A program made the translations under genes and the position numbers. This document shows positions 17,059 to 28,300 of a DNA stretch of 64,000 bases, piece after piece. Numbering within the stretch: the first letter of the stretch is position 1; every line of letters starts with the position of its first letter. The stretch is from IMG/VR virus record IMGVR_UViG_3300033175_000002; one strand, written 5' to 3'. The notes under the pieces are model-generated. The model made no database searches. It had not been told where the DNA came from and saw only the letters and a program-made list of their open reading frames with translations. Origin of the DNA: an uncultured virus (IMG/VR IMGVR_UViG_3300033175_000002). Taxonomy: Duplodnaviria; Heunggongvirae; Uroviricota; Caudoviricetes.

Positions 17059-18666
17059 ATGGTATCGTACATCAACCACGAGCTCCTGACTCCGGGCGCC
17101 CTGGAGTACCGGGAATATCAGGTCGGGCTGGCCCTCGAAGCGACCGACAAAAACTCGCTGGTAGTGCTGCAGACCGGGCTGGGGAAGACCCCCATCCTGC
17201 TCCTGTTGGCGCTCGCCAAGTGGAGCGAGGGCAAGGTCCTGGTCTTGGCCCCGACCCGGCCCCTGGTCGAACAGCACCGGCGTTTCTTCCGGGCCATGAT
17301 GGTCGTCCCTGACGAGGAGGTGGAGTTCGTCCACGGGCTCGTCCCGCCTTCGGAGCGGGCCCGGATCTACTCCCGGGCGAAGGTGATCGTCTCCACCCCC
17401 CAGACGATCAGGTCGGACCTGGACGAACCCCTGGCCCGGCAAATCGCCCTCGTCTGTTTCGATGAGGCCCACCGGGCGGTCGGTGCCTACGCCTACTGCG
17501 ACGTTGCGGCCAAGCTGCGGCAGTTCCGGTCCCCGGCTCTCGTCGTCGGGCTGACGGCATCCCCAGGGACCACCCCCGAAGCGGTCGATGAGGTTTGCCG
17601 CAACCTCGGGATCGAGCAGAGGTTATCTCGGTCGAGGACCGATCCCGACGTCGCCCCGCACGTCCAGCCGATCGCCGAGGAGGTGGTCGAGGTCCCCCTC
17701 GAACCCCAGATGGCGGAGGCCCTGAAAACCCTTCACGCGATGACCCAGGCCCTCTACGACGAGGTGAACGAGAAGGCCCGCCCCTCCCTCTGGCGGGACC
17801 GGATCGGGGCGGGGACCGCGAAGTCCGATATCATCCGGAGGTCGAAACGTGTCTCGGCCATGATATCGAGCTCGAAGAACGTCCGGACCGCTGGAGCCAC
17901 CCCGCTCCCATCGGGGGCGTATATAGTGGTCCGAGACCTGGCCGGCATCACCATGCTGCGTCATGCTATCGAGCTGGCGGAGTCCCAGGGGGCGTTTGTC
18001 CTCTGGGACTACCTCGTCAGCCTGGAGCAGAAGCCCACGAAAGCGGCGGCCATGATCCGGGCGACTGCCGGCTACAAGAAGCTGATACGTCTCCTGTCGG
18101 CCGCGGGGTTCGGGAGCGGGACCGAGGGACCGGCGGTCTCCCCGAAGCTCTCCACGATCCGGGGGCTGGTCGATGGTACCCTGACGGCGGACCCCGAATC
18201 AAAGATCCTGATCTTCTCGAACTACCGGGCTGCCGTCGAGACTATTTTCAGGATGCTGCGGCGGCCCGGCCTTGCTCCGGTTCGCCCTGCGAGGTTCATC
18301 GGCCAGGCCGACGGCCGAGTCAACCGGGGGATGAAGCAGGCCGACCAGCGTCGGGCGGTCGAAATGTTCCGTTCCGGGGAGGTGAACGTCTTGGTCGCCA
18401 CCTCGGTAGGCGAGGAGGGGATCGACATCCCTGGCGTCGACCTCTGCATCTTCCACGAACCGGTACCGAGCGCGATCCGTCACGTCCAGAGGCGGGGGAG
18501 GACTGGGAGGTTCGAGGCCGGCCGGTGCATCATCCTGGTCTCGAAAGGAGTCGATGAAGCGTCGCTTGCGGCCAGCCGGAGGGCTGAACGGAGCATGGCG
18601 ACCGCTCTGAACGATCCGACCCGGCAAACGACTTTGGAACCTCTCCAATCCGAGCAGGGGGGCTAA
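17059..18666 (+). CDS. Hef/FANCM-like SF2 DEAH helicase without the ERCC4 nuclease domain
   Basis: REYQ, LQTGLGKT, LAPTRPLVEQH, FDEAHRAVG, GLTASPG, VATSVGEEGIDIP, QRRGRTGR. Confidence 0.93.
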   Translation: MVSYINHELLTPGALEYREYQVGLALEATDKNSLVVLQTGLGKTPILLLLALAKWSEGKVLVLAPTRPLVEQHRRFFRAMMVVPDEEVEFVHGLVPPSERARIYSRAKVIVSTPQTIRSDLDEPLARQIALVCFDEAHRAVGAYAYCDVAAKLRQFRSPALVVGLTASPGTTPEAVDEVCRNLGIEQRLSRSRTDPDVAPHVQPIAEEVVEVPLEPQMAEALKTLHAMTQALYDEVNEKARPSLWRDRIGAGTAKSDIIRRSKRVSAMISSSKNVRTAGATPLPSGAYIVVRDLAGITMLRHAIELAESQGAFVLWDYLVSLEQKPTKAAAMIRATAGYKKLIRLLSAAGFGSGTEGPAVSPKLSTIRGLVDGTLTADPESKILIFSNYRAAVETIFRMLRRPGLAPVRPARFIGQADGRVNRGMKQADQRRAVEMFRSGEVNVLVATSVGEEGIDIPGVDLCIFHEPVPSAIRHVQRRGRTGRFEAGRCIILVSKGVDEASLAASRRAERSMATALNDPTRQTTLEPLQSEQGG

Positions 18667-18803
18667 CGGGAACACTTTTTTATATCGGAGCGCCCCCAAT
18701 CAATACCAAACCAGTATTTCGGGGGCCCAAGCAGGCTCCCGGCCGATAAATTCGTGCGAGGAGGCTCCGACGTGTCCCATTCAGTCTATACAGGGGTGGT
18801 GGC

Positions 18804-19415
18804 GTGACCCCGTCCCCCCCCACAAAGATCCACGAAATTTTTTCAAGTATCCAAGGCGAAGGCCCCTGGTCAGGCCGGCCGTGCGTGTTCATCCGGCTCT
18901 TCGGCTGCAACTCGAACTGCAAGGGCTGCGATACTCCGCAGGCGTCTCCGAGGTTGATGCAGCCGGCGGAGATCCTTGATGCCGTCCCGGACCACCCTCT
19001 CCCGATCGTGATCACTGGGGGCGAACCCTGCCTACAGGCTGAGCAGCTGAGGATGATTGCGGTCATGCTGCCCATCGGGGGGATGAGGCCGCTTGCCCTG
19101 GAGACGAACGGAACGATCCCGCTCGATCCCGATCTGGTCGAGCGGTTCGACCTGATCGTGGTCGGCTACACCGACGACGACCTGAGCGGGGTCCTCGACC
19201 CCATCAACGTCGATCAGTTCTTCGAAGAAATCCCAGCCGAGACGCTGCACCCAAAAGACGATCGGACCGAGACCTGCCCACTATGCGGAGCCGAGTTCGT
19301 CCTGAGCCGAGCAAAGCGGTTCAAGAAACCCCGACCTCCGAAAGAGGAGATCGAGCCGGTCGAAACCGCTCAGGTCGACCCCGGCCCAGAGGAGGGAGAG
19401 GATGAGCAGATCTAA
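18804..19415 (+). CDS. Truncated QueE-like radical SAM protein fused to unrelated C-terminus
   Basis: EIFSSIQGEG...FIRLFGCNSNCKGCDT, ITGGEP, LETNGT; then acidic segment and CPLCG. Confidence 0.8.
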   Translation: MTPSPPTKIHEIFSSIQGEGPWSGRPCVFIRLFGCNSNCKGCDTPQASPRLMQPAEILDAVPDHPLPIVITGGEPCLQAEQLRMIAVMLPIGGMRPLALETNGTIPLDPDLVERFDLIVVGYTDDDLSGVLDPINVDQFFEEIPAETLHPKDDRTETCPLCGAEFVLSRAKRFKKPRPPKEEIEPVETAQVDPGPEEGEDEQI

Positions 19416-20046
19416 GTACGACTGGACCAAAATCAGCAACGAGTTCATCGAGGGCATTCTGAGAGAGGATGGCTCTATATGGTACCCGACCCTCGAAGAT
19501 CTTGCCGAACGATACGGCATGAGAGCAGGGTACCTCCGGGCCAGAGCGGGGTCAGGTCCCGACGGATACGTCCGGGGCAAATCGTGGTACAGCCTCCGAA
19601 GCGAGCATCTAGCCCGCGTCGAGCAGCTGCACAGGGAGGAGGCGGCGAAGGCCAAGGCCCGGGCGTCGGCCAACTTCGACCAGAGCTGTATCGTGGTGGC
19701 CCGGAACGGTATCGCCATGATCGCCTCATGGTTCAAGGACGCCCAGGCCCGAGCCGTCCAGGGCCCTGATGGGGTGACCGCGTACCCCCTGATCCCCGCG
19801 GCGACGCTCAACATGCTGAGCCACGCGGCCACGAACTTCCAGCGGCTCGGCCGGTTGGCCCTCGGTGAACCCTCCGAGATCCGGGCCGACGACGTGACGG
19901 TGACGGTGACCGAGGAGGATGAGTTCGATCGGCTTGAGCGTGCTCTCCGCCAGCTGAGTCCCGAGGAGCAGGTCGCGTTCGACCGGGCGTTCAGCAAGCT
20001 CACTGGCCTGCCGCCGGTATGCGGGGCGGATGAGTCGGAGGCATAA
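19402..20046 (+). CDS. Probable terminase small subunit
   Basis: YDWTKISNEFIEG...PTLEDLAERYG N-terminal HTH; RLALGEPSE; upstream of TerL. Confidence 0.7.
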   Translation: MSRSKYDWTKISNEFIEGILREDGSIWYPTLEDLAERYGMRAGYLRARAGSGPDGYVRGKSWYSLRSEHLARVEQLHREEAAKAKARASANFDQSCIVVARNGIAMIASWFKDAQARAVQGPDGVTAYPLIPAATLNMLSHAATNFQRLGRLALGEPSEIRADDVTVTVTEEDEFDRLERALRQLSPEEQVAFDRAFSKLTGLPPVCGADESEA

Positions 20047-20391
20047 GATGGATCCCTGGTTCTGGTTCTATTCAGCTCACTCCTCGCTACTTCGACCCTC
20101 CGGAGTGGGCCGATCGAGCGGTCCGTCTGCGAGGTGTCGGGCAAGATACCGCCACTACTGCCCACCCTTCTGCGGAGTGATTTTGAATACCTCTGGCGGG
20201 CGACTGAAAATTTCTGCGACAAAACTTGAATCCGTGAGGAGGATGTAACAAAATGAGGTCAGGGCGGTTCGGGCCCGGTCGGTGTGGGGTCTGCGGGCGC
20301 CCCCTGAACGGGGGCGGGCTCGAGAAGGTCGGCTTCGGGCTCGTATGCTGGACCTGTTTTCAATCAGGCGAAAAAGGAGGAGGAGATAGTC

Positions 20392-20715
20392 TTGTGCAGA
20401 GCTCCAGATCGAGACGGGCGGCTCAGTCGGCCCTCGACCGGTTCTGAGACTGATCCGCTCGTCGAGAAGCTGGCCGATCATGTCCACGACCAGTGGACGG
20501 GTTGGATGCAGCACCTATTCAGGAGGTGCCAGACGAACCCCTGTACCGGTGAGGAGGTGATACCCGCCGAGACGGTCTATCGGTGGCGTCGCCTGATGGA
20601 TACACCGTACTGCGAGCTGGCTGAAGCCGCGAAGGAATCCGATCGGATCGAAGCCCGACGGATCCTCGTCGTGCTGGGGTTGCGGTCCGCTCCGGAGGAT
20701 GAGGCCGGGCCGTGA
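20392..20715 (+). CDS. RyR-domain-like phage protein
   Basis: EKLADHVHDQW...TPYCELAEAAKESDR. Confidence 0.6.
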   Translation: MCRAPDRDGRLSRPSTGSETDPLVEKLADHVHDQWTGWMQHLFRRCQTNPCTGEEVIPAETVYRWRRLMDTPYCELAEAAKESDRIEARRILVVLGLRSAPEDEAGP

Positions 20716-22361
20716 CCCGCAAAGGGAGGCCCCGGCGAGGATGCGGGCCGATGAGCTCGACTGCCAAGCAGGCCAGGATGATCGCAGACCAGCTCCGGGC
20801 GTCGGGTCTGGAATCGATAGATCTGGGCAGACTGACCAACCCGACCGATCAGCTTCGAGCCCAGCTGGCCGTCGCCCGGCCCCTCTACGAGTCGTCTCTG
20901 ACAAGATTTCTTCGTCAGGCCTGGCCGATAATCGAGCCGGGCACCGAGTTCGTCGACAACTGGCATATCCAATACCTATCCGAATGGCTGGAGCTCGTCA
21001 CCGAGGGAGTCGTCCGGAGGCTGGCGGTCTGTGAACCTCCCCGCCACATGAAGTCCGATCTCGGGACCGTTGTCTGGCCGTGCTGGGAGTGGACTCGGCA
21101 GCCGGAACTCCAGTACCTCACGAGCTCGTACGCCGAGACCCTGAGCAAGACCCACTCCCGGAAACGGAGGAGGCTGCTCAAGTCGAGCTGGTACACCTCT
21201 CTCTGGCCCGGGACCCAGATCGATCCAGCGATGGACCAGACCAGCTTCTTCGAATCGACTGCGGGCGGCCACATGATCGCATCGAGCGTGACCGGGTTCG
21301 CGACAGGGCTCGGCGGGAATCGGGTCATCATCGACGACCCGATGAACCCCAAGCAGGCCCTCTCCGACGCCGAGAGGGAGCGGCTGAACGAGACCGTCAA
21401 GAACACGCTGCTGACCAGGCTGAACGACAAGAAGAGGGATGCGATCGTCCTATTCATGCAGAGGCTGAACGTCGACGATACCGTCGCCTACCTGACGGGC
21501 CTCGACGATTCCGATCTGCCCGAAGACCAGATCGTGATCAAGTCCGGGGAGTGGACGATCATTCGACTGCCGGCGGTCGCCGAGGCGGATACCGTCGTCA
21601 GGTTCCCGAAGGGCGGCCGGCCCCCGTTCGTCTGGAGGAAAGGACAAGCCCTCTGGGAGGCTCGGGAGGGGCTGGCCGTTCTTCGGCAGATGAGGCTCGA
21701 CCTCGGCGAAGAGGACTTCTCTGCCCAGTACCTTCAGCGCCCCCAGCCTCGGGGCGGCGCGGTATTCAAGCATGACTGGCTGTCTCATATCTACTACCAG
21801 CCGCCGGCTCGGGTCCCGGTCGAGGCGGTCATCCAGTCCTGGGACATGAGCTTCAAGGACAACGAGGGGTCGTCCCGGACCGTCGGCCAGGTCTGGGGCA
21901 GGTACAAGCTCGAGAACTACTTGCTCGACGAGGTCGCCGGCCAATGGGACTTCACGACCGCCCTGGCTCAGGTTCGCATGCTAAAAAAACGGTGGCCCAT
22001 GTCGATGCCGATCCTGATCGAGGATACGGCCAACGGCCCGGCTATCATTTCGACCCTGAAATCCGAGATCGCTGGGATCCTGCCGGTGACACCCGAGGGC
22101 TCGAAGATCGCCCGGGCGAAGGCGGTCACTCCCGTCTTCGAGTCGGGCCTCGTCTGGCTGCCCGACCCGGCCCGGTACGACTTCGTGCCTGAGTTCGTCC
22201 AAGAGCTCACCCGGTTCCGGGGTCTCCAGAGCAAGACGATCAAGACCGACCGGGTCGATGCCGCCTCACAGGCCATCAGCTACCTAGAGAGGACGTTCGG
22301 GCTGAGGTCGCTGGTCGAAGACGACTCGCCAAAAAAGGTACTGCTAGCGAGCCGTCGCTGA
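20712..22361 (+). CDS. terL: Terminase large subunit
   Basis: DNWHI, PPRHMKS (Walker A), IIDDP (Walker B), MQRL, QSWD, IEDTANG, DRVDA. Confidence 0.95.
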   Translation: MTRKGRPRRGCGPMSSTAKQARMIADQLRASGLESIDLGRLTNPTDQLRAQLAVARPLYESSLTRFLRQAWPIIEPGTEFVDNWHIQYLSEWLELVTEGVVRRLAVCEPPRHMKSDLGTVVWPCWEWTRQPELQYLTSSYAETLSKTHSRKRRRLLKSSWYTSLWPGTQIDPAMDQTSFFESTAGGHMIASSVTGFATGLGGNRVIIDDPMNPKQALSDAERERLNETVKNTLLTRLNDKKRDAIVLFMQRLNVDDTVAYLTGLDDSDLPEDQIVIKSGEWTIIRLPAVAEADTVVRFPKGGRPPFVWRKGQALWEAREGLAVLRQMRLDLGEEDFSAQYLQRPQPRGGAVFKHDWLSHIYYQPPARVPVEAVIQSWDMSFKDNEGSSRTVGQVWGRYKLENYLLDEVAGQWDFTTALAQVRMLKKRWPMSMPILIEDTANGPAIISTLKSEIAGILPVTPEGSKIARAKAVTPVFESGLVWLPDPARYDFVPEFVQELTRFRGLQSKTIKTDRVDAASQAISYLERTFGLRSLVEDDSPKKVLLASRR

Positions 22362-22371
22362 ACTGGAGGAG

Positions 22372-22824
22372 ATGGATATGCGAGAATATACTTTGGACTC
22401 GAATGGGGTCGGTTCGGAGGGGGAACTCGTCGAACTGATCAGGTGGGCTGGCCGCGTTCCGGGGGGCGTGCTGGAGGATGTCGACCTCAGTGGAGTGAAC
22501 TTGGACGCAACCAATTTTAGCGAGTGCGTAGTCCAGAACGTGATTTTCTCGAACTGTTCACTGCGAGCTACGAAATGGGGGAGGGGGTCCGTCTGGGCGT
22601 GCCTGTTCCGCGGGGCCGACCTGACCTTCGCAGATTTCAGAGAGGCCGAGCCCTTCAAATGCGACTTCGAAGACGCCAGGCTGCAGGACGTCATGTTCTC
22701 TCCGACGTGGAACCCTCTGACGTGCTGGGGGTCGGATCCCCGGTACGGTTGGAACAGGGATTTCGACGGGCTGGAGTTCGAACAGGTCTACCGATGGTGG
22801 CCAATCAAACTGAACCGCTGCTGA
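22372..22824 (+). CDS. Pentapeptide-repeat protein
   Basis: VDLSGVNLDATNFSE...FRGADLTFADFRE...FEDARL. Confidence 0.8.
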   Translation: MDMREYTLDSNGVGSEGELVELIRWAGRVPGGVLEDVDLSGVNLDATNFSECVVQNVIFSNCSLRATKWGRGSVWACLFRGADLTFADFREAEPFKCDFEDARLQDVMFSPTWNPLTCWGSDPRYGWNRDFDGLEFEQVYRWWPIKLNRC

Positions 22825-22855
22825 AACGTCTGCCTAAATGGAGCGGGGGGACAAA

Positions 22856-24673
22856 ATGGGGGAACAGACTGATACGAAGCCGGGGCCTCGGGGTCTCGGT
22901 CATAGGGTCCGCAGGGTTCGACTATTCCAGAACCCTGCGGAGAAAACCCATATAACGGTCAGCCAGATCGCCGGCCGGGACCTGTACAGCTTCCTGAAGA
23001 CCTATCCGACCGCGGATACCCGGTACCCGTACTACCGAGACCTCGTCCGGTTCGACCCGGCTCTGAGGACGGGATCGAGATCGATATCGCTGCTGCTGAT
23101 GAGGAGCTACCGAGGGCCTCGACTCGATGCGACCGACCCTGAGTACGTCCAGACACCCGGGTTCCTCGACCGCGTCGACCAGCTCTTGGCCGAACTCGAT
23201 TTCGGGCATCGGCTCGGCTCGATCTCGCGGAACCTGACCCGGGACGGGGTCGTCTACTATCGGGTGCACCGGGACGAACCCGGCGGTCCGATCACCAGGC
23301 TGGAGTTCCTTCCGGCGGATACCGTGACGATCCTGTCGAAAGACTACCTCGAATCCGAGACCCAGGCCGACGAGGTGATCACCGAGGCGGACTACTACGT
23401 GGTGAACGAATCGGCCCAGATCAAGTCGCTCGACGAGCTTGAAAAGGTGGCAAACGATCCCGATTCGCCGGTCGAAGTGCTCGACCCGGCCGAAGCGTTC
23501 CTCATCTCCTGGGAGGCGGACGACTGTCTGGTCGAGGATCGGTTTGGTCGGATGACTCTGGGGCTGATCGGCGTTTCGCCGCTGGAGACCGCAGCGTTCT
23601 TCAGCCGGGTCAAGCTGGCGGCCGTCCTGGATTACTCCCGATGGCTCAAACTGGCTATGCCCCGGTGGTTCGCCGGGATCGATCTGTCGAACCTGATCCT
23701 GCCGGAAGAGATGCCGGGGTCGACCCGGACCGAACGGCTGACCAAAGCAATCGAGTCCGCGGACGAGCTGTTCAAGCAGTTCCAGGATCAGCTGTACTAC
23801 GTCGACGACGATGAGGCGAGCCCGACCCACGGCCAGCTCCTCCCACCGGAACCTGACGATTTCGTGATGCATACCGACGGGGTCGTCATGGAACAGAAGG
23901 GCGGAGCTTCCGTCCACGGTGACGTGTCCGGGCACGTCGAACTCTGCGACCGGGCGATATCGTCGATCCTCGGCATCCCGATGACGATGCTAGGGTACGA
24001 TCGGGGGACGACTTACGCTAGCGCCAGGGTGACCGAACAGTTCATGAGCGGGTTCGGTGGGGGCCTAATCCGAGAGATCGAGTCGAGCTTGATCTCGTTC
24101 CTGAGAGCCGAGTTCGGTCGGCGGAGCTGGATCTCTACCTCCACCGACTGGGAGAACCTGTACCTCGACTACCTCGTCGATGATACCGCTCGGCTGGTCG
24201 AAGAAGCGACCGCCAAAAAGGTCGAGATCGAGAAGGACGTCCTCGTAACCCAGGCAGTCGCCGCCGTCTGGACGGTCGGCGGGATCCGGCTCAGGGAGAT
24301 GAGAGCCGCCCTCCGGGATCATACGATCCTGTTCTCCGGGTTGCTCGACCTCCCCGCAGGCGAGGGCGACGAGTTCTACACGGCTCCCGTCGCCGGGATG
24401 CCGCTGACCGGAGGGTCGCTCCTGAGGCAGGCCGCCCACGTCCATACCGAGACCGAACCCACCCTCGACGCCAGGCTGGAGGCGGCTCTCGAAGAGGCTA
24501 CGGTCGTCTCCGAGCAAGGCGAGCTCGTGATCGAGGCGGGGCTGTACGGCGCCCATAAGACCGAGATCAACAAGTTCCTTGCCGAGCTGGCAGACGTGGT
24601 CGAGGCCGAGGGCGACTCCCTGGAGCTGGGGGACGGTCCCGTCCAGGTCGATGACGAGGAGGGGTCGGAGTGA
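22856..24673 (+). CDS. Portal protein
   Basis: Position after TerL, ~605 aa, LTRDGVVY, GVSPLE, ISSILGIPMTMLG...TYASA. Confidence 0.82.
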   Translation: MGEQTDTKPGPRGLGHRVRRVRLFQNPAEKTHITVSQIAGRDLYSFLKTYPTADTRYPYYRDLVRFDPALRTGSRSISLLLMRSYRGPRLDATDPEYVQTPGFLDRVDQLLAELDFGHRLGSISRNLTRDGVVYYRVHRDEPGGPITRLEFLPADTVTILSKDYLESETQADEVITEADYYVVNESAQIKSLDELEKVANDPDSPVEVLDPAEAFLISWEADDCLVEDRFGRMTLGLIGVSPLETAAFFSRVKLAAVLDYSRWLKLAMPRWFAGIDLSNLILPEEMPGSTRTERLTKAIESADELFKQFQDQLYYVDDDEASPTHGQLLPPEPDDFVMHTDGVVMEQKGGASVHGDVSGHVELCDRAISSILGIPMTMLGYDRGTTYASARVTEQFMSGFGGGLIREIESSLISFLRAEFGRRSWISTSTDWENLYLDYLVDDTARLVEEATAKKVEIEKDVLVTQAVAAVWTVGGIRLREMRAALRDHTILFSGLLDLPAGEGDEFYTAPVAGMPLTGGSLLRQAAHVHTETEPTLDARLEAALEEATVVSEQGELVIEAGLYGAHKTEINKFLAELADVVEAEGDSLELGDGPVQVDDEEGSE

Positions 24674-24909
24674 TCGAGAGGACGGTCACCCCGACCTCCC
24701 CACCGGGGACCACCGCTACCGACCTGCTGGAGCTCGTCCCCGACGGCCGGGGCTGGGTCGACGTGTTCGTTTCGGTCCCGGTCAAGATAGGGTGCGCTGT
24801 CGTTCAAAGAGGGGTCTACGTGCAGGTAGCGAAACCGGCCGAGACCAGGATCCGGGTCTTCGTCCGGAGGCTGATCGATCCGGCGGTCCGCACCTGGGGG
24901 GACGCATGA
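24670..24909 (+). CDS. Hypothetical protein
   Basis: GTGA overlap with portal stop. Confidence 0.5.
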   Translation: MIERTVTPTSPPGTTATDLLELVPDGRGWVDVFVSVPVKIGCAVVQRGVYVQVAKPAETRIRVFVRRLIDPAVRTWGDA

Positions 24910-25387
24910 ACGGGGGGTACCTCCTCCCGGCTTCCCTGGGAACCCACCCCTGCTCGGAGCTGGTCTCGGTCGGCGAGTCGCTGACCTACCACCACCCGGA
25001 CTACATCCGGACCTTCGCCCACCAGACCGCAGCGGTTGCGGCCGTCCAAGAGACTGCGATCGCCGGGCTGGATATCGCAGTCGGCGATCTGCTGACGTAC
25101 CTGAACCTCGTCTCGATGCAGTTCGGGCTGACCGTCGTCGCTGCCGAGGACTTGGATGCCGAGGACGAGATCGAGGAGGATGGCCGGTGAACCTGATACC
25201 GTGCGTATCGAACCCGGTGACGCTGGTCGTCGTTGACTGGTCAAACCCTCCGAACTGGGACCGGTTCTTGGCCGAGAACGATGAGGCCGTCCAGAGCGGT
25301 CGGATCTTCCCCGACGGGATGGGGCAGGGCATCGGATAATTGTTGGTCGGTCCGGGGAGGCCGGTCCAACAAATAGCTAGCGCCGTT

Positions 25388-28300
25388 ATGGGGTGGGGGA
25401 TGACGGAAGTCGAGGATATCGTCGAAGAGATGGGGAACCGGTTCGCGGTCCGAGTGAGCGACCGCACCAGAGAGAACCTGATCCGGGCCTACGGCCGAGG
25501 CGCCGACCTGGTCGCTTACGAGGCGACCGGGAAGACCGGGCCGGTGAGCCTGGGCGGGAGCACCCCCAGCCGCGTCGACGCGGTCATCAAAGAGGTCTGC
25601 AAACCTATCGAAGACTGGAACCGGCAGCTAGCGTCGGATGTCAGCGACGCGGTCCGCCAAAAGATGGCTGAGGGAGCCAGCCCCGGTGAGCTAGCCCGGT
25701 TCATCCGGGAAGACCTGGCCGAGAAGATCGGAGACCGGCCCGTGACGATCCATCGGGACGGCAAACGGCCTTGGACATCGACCCCTAAAAATTATGCAGA
25801 TCTCGTATCGAGGACCCTGCCGAACCGGCTTCGCAACGAGGCTTATCTCGAGCACGGCGAAAAGATGGGGATCTACGACGGCTGGGTCTCTATCGCTACC
25901 GGGGACGAGAGGATGTGCTCGATCTGTGGAGCGAGGCACGGTCGCTTCTTCCCGTTCGGCGCCGACGTCCCCCCATACCACCCCCGGTGCAGGTGCCGAG
26001 CCGTCCTCCACCTGAGAGAAGGGGCGACCCCTCCCGAGGGGGCCCCGTCTCCTGAAGAGCTGGCCTGGTGCAAGGTCGCCTGGGAGGAGATCGACGATGC
26101 CTACGCCAAGGTTGTCGCTCTCGACGAGGAACGGAAACGGCTCGCTATTCGAGCCCGCGGGGAGCCCCTCGCCGGGGCGGATGCTAAGAAGCTGGCCCAG
26201 ATCGAGGCCCAGATGGCCCGGCTCCGGAGCAAAGCCGCGAAGAAGCAGGCCGAGCTGTACCGCGTCCGAGCGAAGTTCCACGCTCAGATGAGCTGGCAGC
26301 AGGCTGAGGATCGGCTGCGGGTCGGGGCCGGTCGAGACTTCGCCCACTTCGAAGGGCTTAAGAACTCCGCTGCCCGGGACGTCGGCGCCGTCCTGAACGC
26401 CTACATGACCGACTACCCTGAGTTCTTCGCCGACCAGATGGGGCTCGTCCTGACCCATACCGAGATCGGCCGAGGGGCGGTCGATCGGACCCTTCAGCGG
26501 GAGATGGTCGACGAGCTCGTTCGGCGGGGTGCCTCCCGGGACTGGGCCCAGTTCGTCGTCGGTCAGCAGGCCAAAGGTCGCGCATCCGAGCTTGTCAAAT
26601 CGCTGATGATTCCTCCCGAGGGGATACCCTGGGCTACCCGACGCGGTGACCTGGGGGGTCTTCGCGTCCTGGTGCTGCACGACCAGACCGTCGGGGACCT
26701 CGACGCTCTTTCGGCTGCGATGCTGCAGGACGTTCTGGCTGGTCGGCGGTCGTGGGGGTCGGAGAACCCGCTCTCGGTGATCGAGTCCGAGATGGGGAGG
26801 ACGATCGCTAGCAAGCTCGACCTCGCGTACAAAGGGACCCTCCTATCCGACCTGTACGACTCGATCGGACCGGCCCGGATTCGGGACGAGCTGAGCGCCC
26901 AGGCTACCGTGTCCCGTCAGGACTTCCTGGCCGAGGCGTGGGTCGAGTTCCGACTGTCCCCGTCACCCCGCCCCCTGGCTACGGCCGTCGGCCGGTACAT
27001 GGAGGAGGAACTCCAGGTCTACGAACAGCAGCATCGGGGGCAGGTTCGTCCAGCGGGATCGCTCGGGGCCAGGTTGCTCGACCCGGCCACCCCAGTCCGC
27101 GGTGAGGTCCCGAAAGGGCCGAACGAAGCCGAGATCGATGCGAAGGTCGAAGAATCGAAACGGTTGCGGCAGCGGTGGGCTGACCTCGCGGCAACCATCC
27201 GATCCATGAACGCTCATATCAAACGCCTGGCTAGCCGGGCTGCGATACCCAGAGCTGAGATCGGGTCGGCCGAGGCTCGGTACGCTATCGCTCGGGAGGC
27301 CGAGACCGAGCTGACCCAGACCCACCGGGCGATCCTCGACATCGATGCCTGGTTCAGGTCGTCCGGCGTTTCCCCGGTGCCTATCGCCCCCTGGTCGGAG
27401 TCCCGGATCGAGCTCGACCCGATGCCCGACCTCCGCGGCGAAGCTATGAGGAAAGCTCTCGCGCTCGAAAAACAGATCGAGCAGGGGATAGCCCAGCTCC
27501 GGACCTGGGCTGCTGAGATCGAGGACTTCAACTCGAACGTCGTCACCGAGATCGAGTCGGGGATGGGCGAGGACGAGATGAGGTCGTGGCTGGCGACCGT
27601 GATCTCGACCCATAAAGAGATGCGAGCTCTCCACAAGTCGCTCGAACCTCTGGTCGCGCCCGTCAAGGAGTGGCTGGATCGAGACCTCGGTCCGGCCCTG
27701 GCCGATTCCCATCCCGACAAAACCAAGATCGCCCACACTCTCGGTTCCCTGCTGGAGATGATCAAGGGGCGGCTGGCGGGCGAAGCTGCCGAGAAGCTGC
27801 GCGAGGCCGCGGCCCCCCACCCCGGAGGCGTCCACGAGACCGCTGAGATGGTGGACCTCCGGGCGCGATTGCTCGAAACCGAGGCCGAGCTGGCCCGGCT
27901 TCGGGCCGAGGGATCAGTCGGAACCATACCGCAGAGGAACCAGCTCCTCAAAGAGGTCGTCGACATGAGGCGTGAGTACGGGGAGCTCATGAAGGCTGAC
28001 GTCCTCGCCCGGTCGAAGGTGCCTCACGGTCGAGCCGTCAAAGAATCTGATAAGCATCTTCGGACCTACCTGGCCGACACCTACGGCCACAAGGTCCGGG
28101 TCAATTACGGTGCGGTTGCGAAAGATAGCGCCAACCTGCTGAACTCGATGGTCGCCGAGTACATGGAGTACGCCCCGACCCCCAAAAAGGGGTTCGGCTC
28201 GATCGGTGACGCTGCCACGTCCGGCCGCGGTGACTATTCGTCCGCTTATGCGTTCACCAGCGGCAAAATGTTCGGGCCGACCGATCGGGTCGGGCTGTAC

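Noticed and set aside
20712..22361. Intein or intron in TerL (also checked Hef and MCM)
   Set aside because: Motif spacing and lengths look normal; no splice-junction or homing-endonuclease motifs seen
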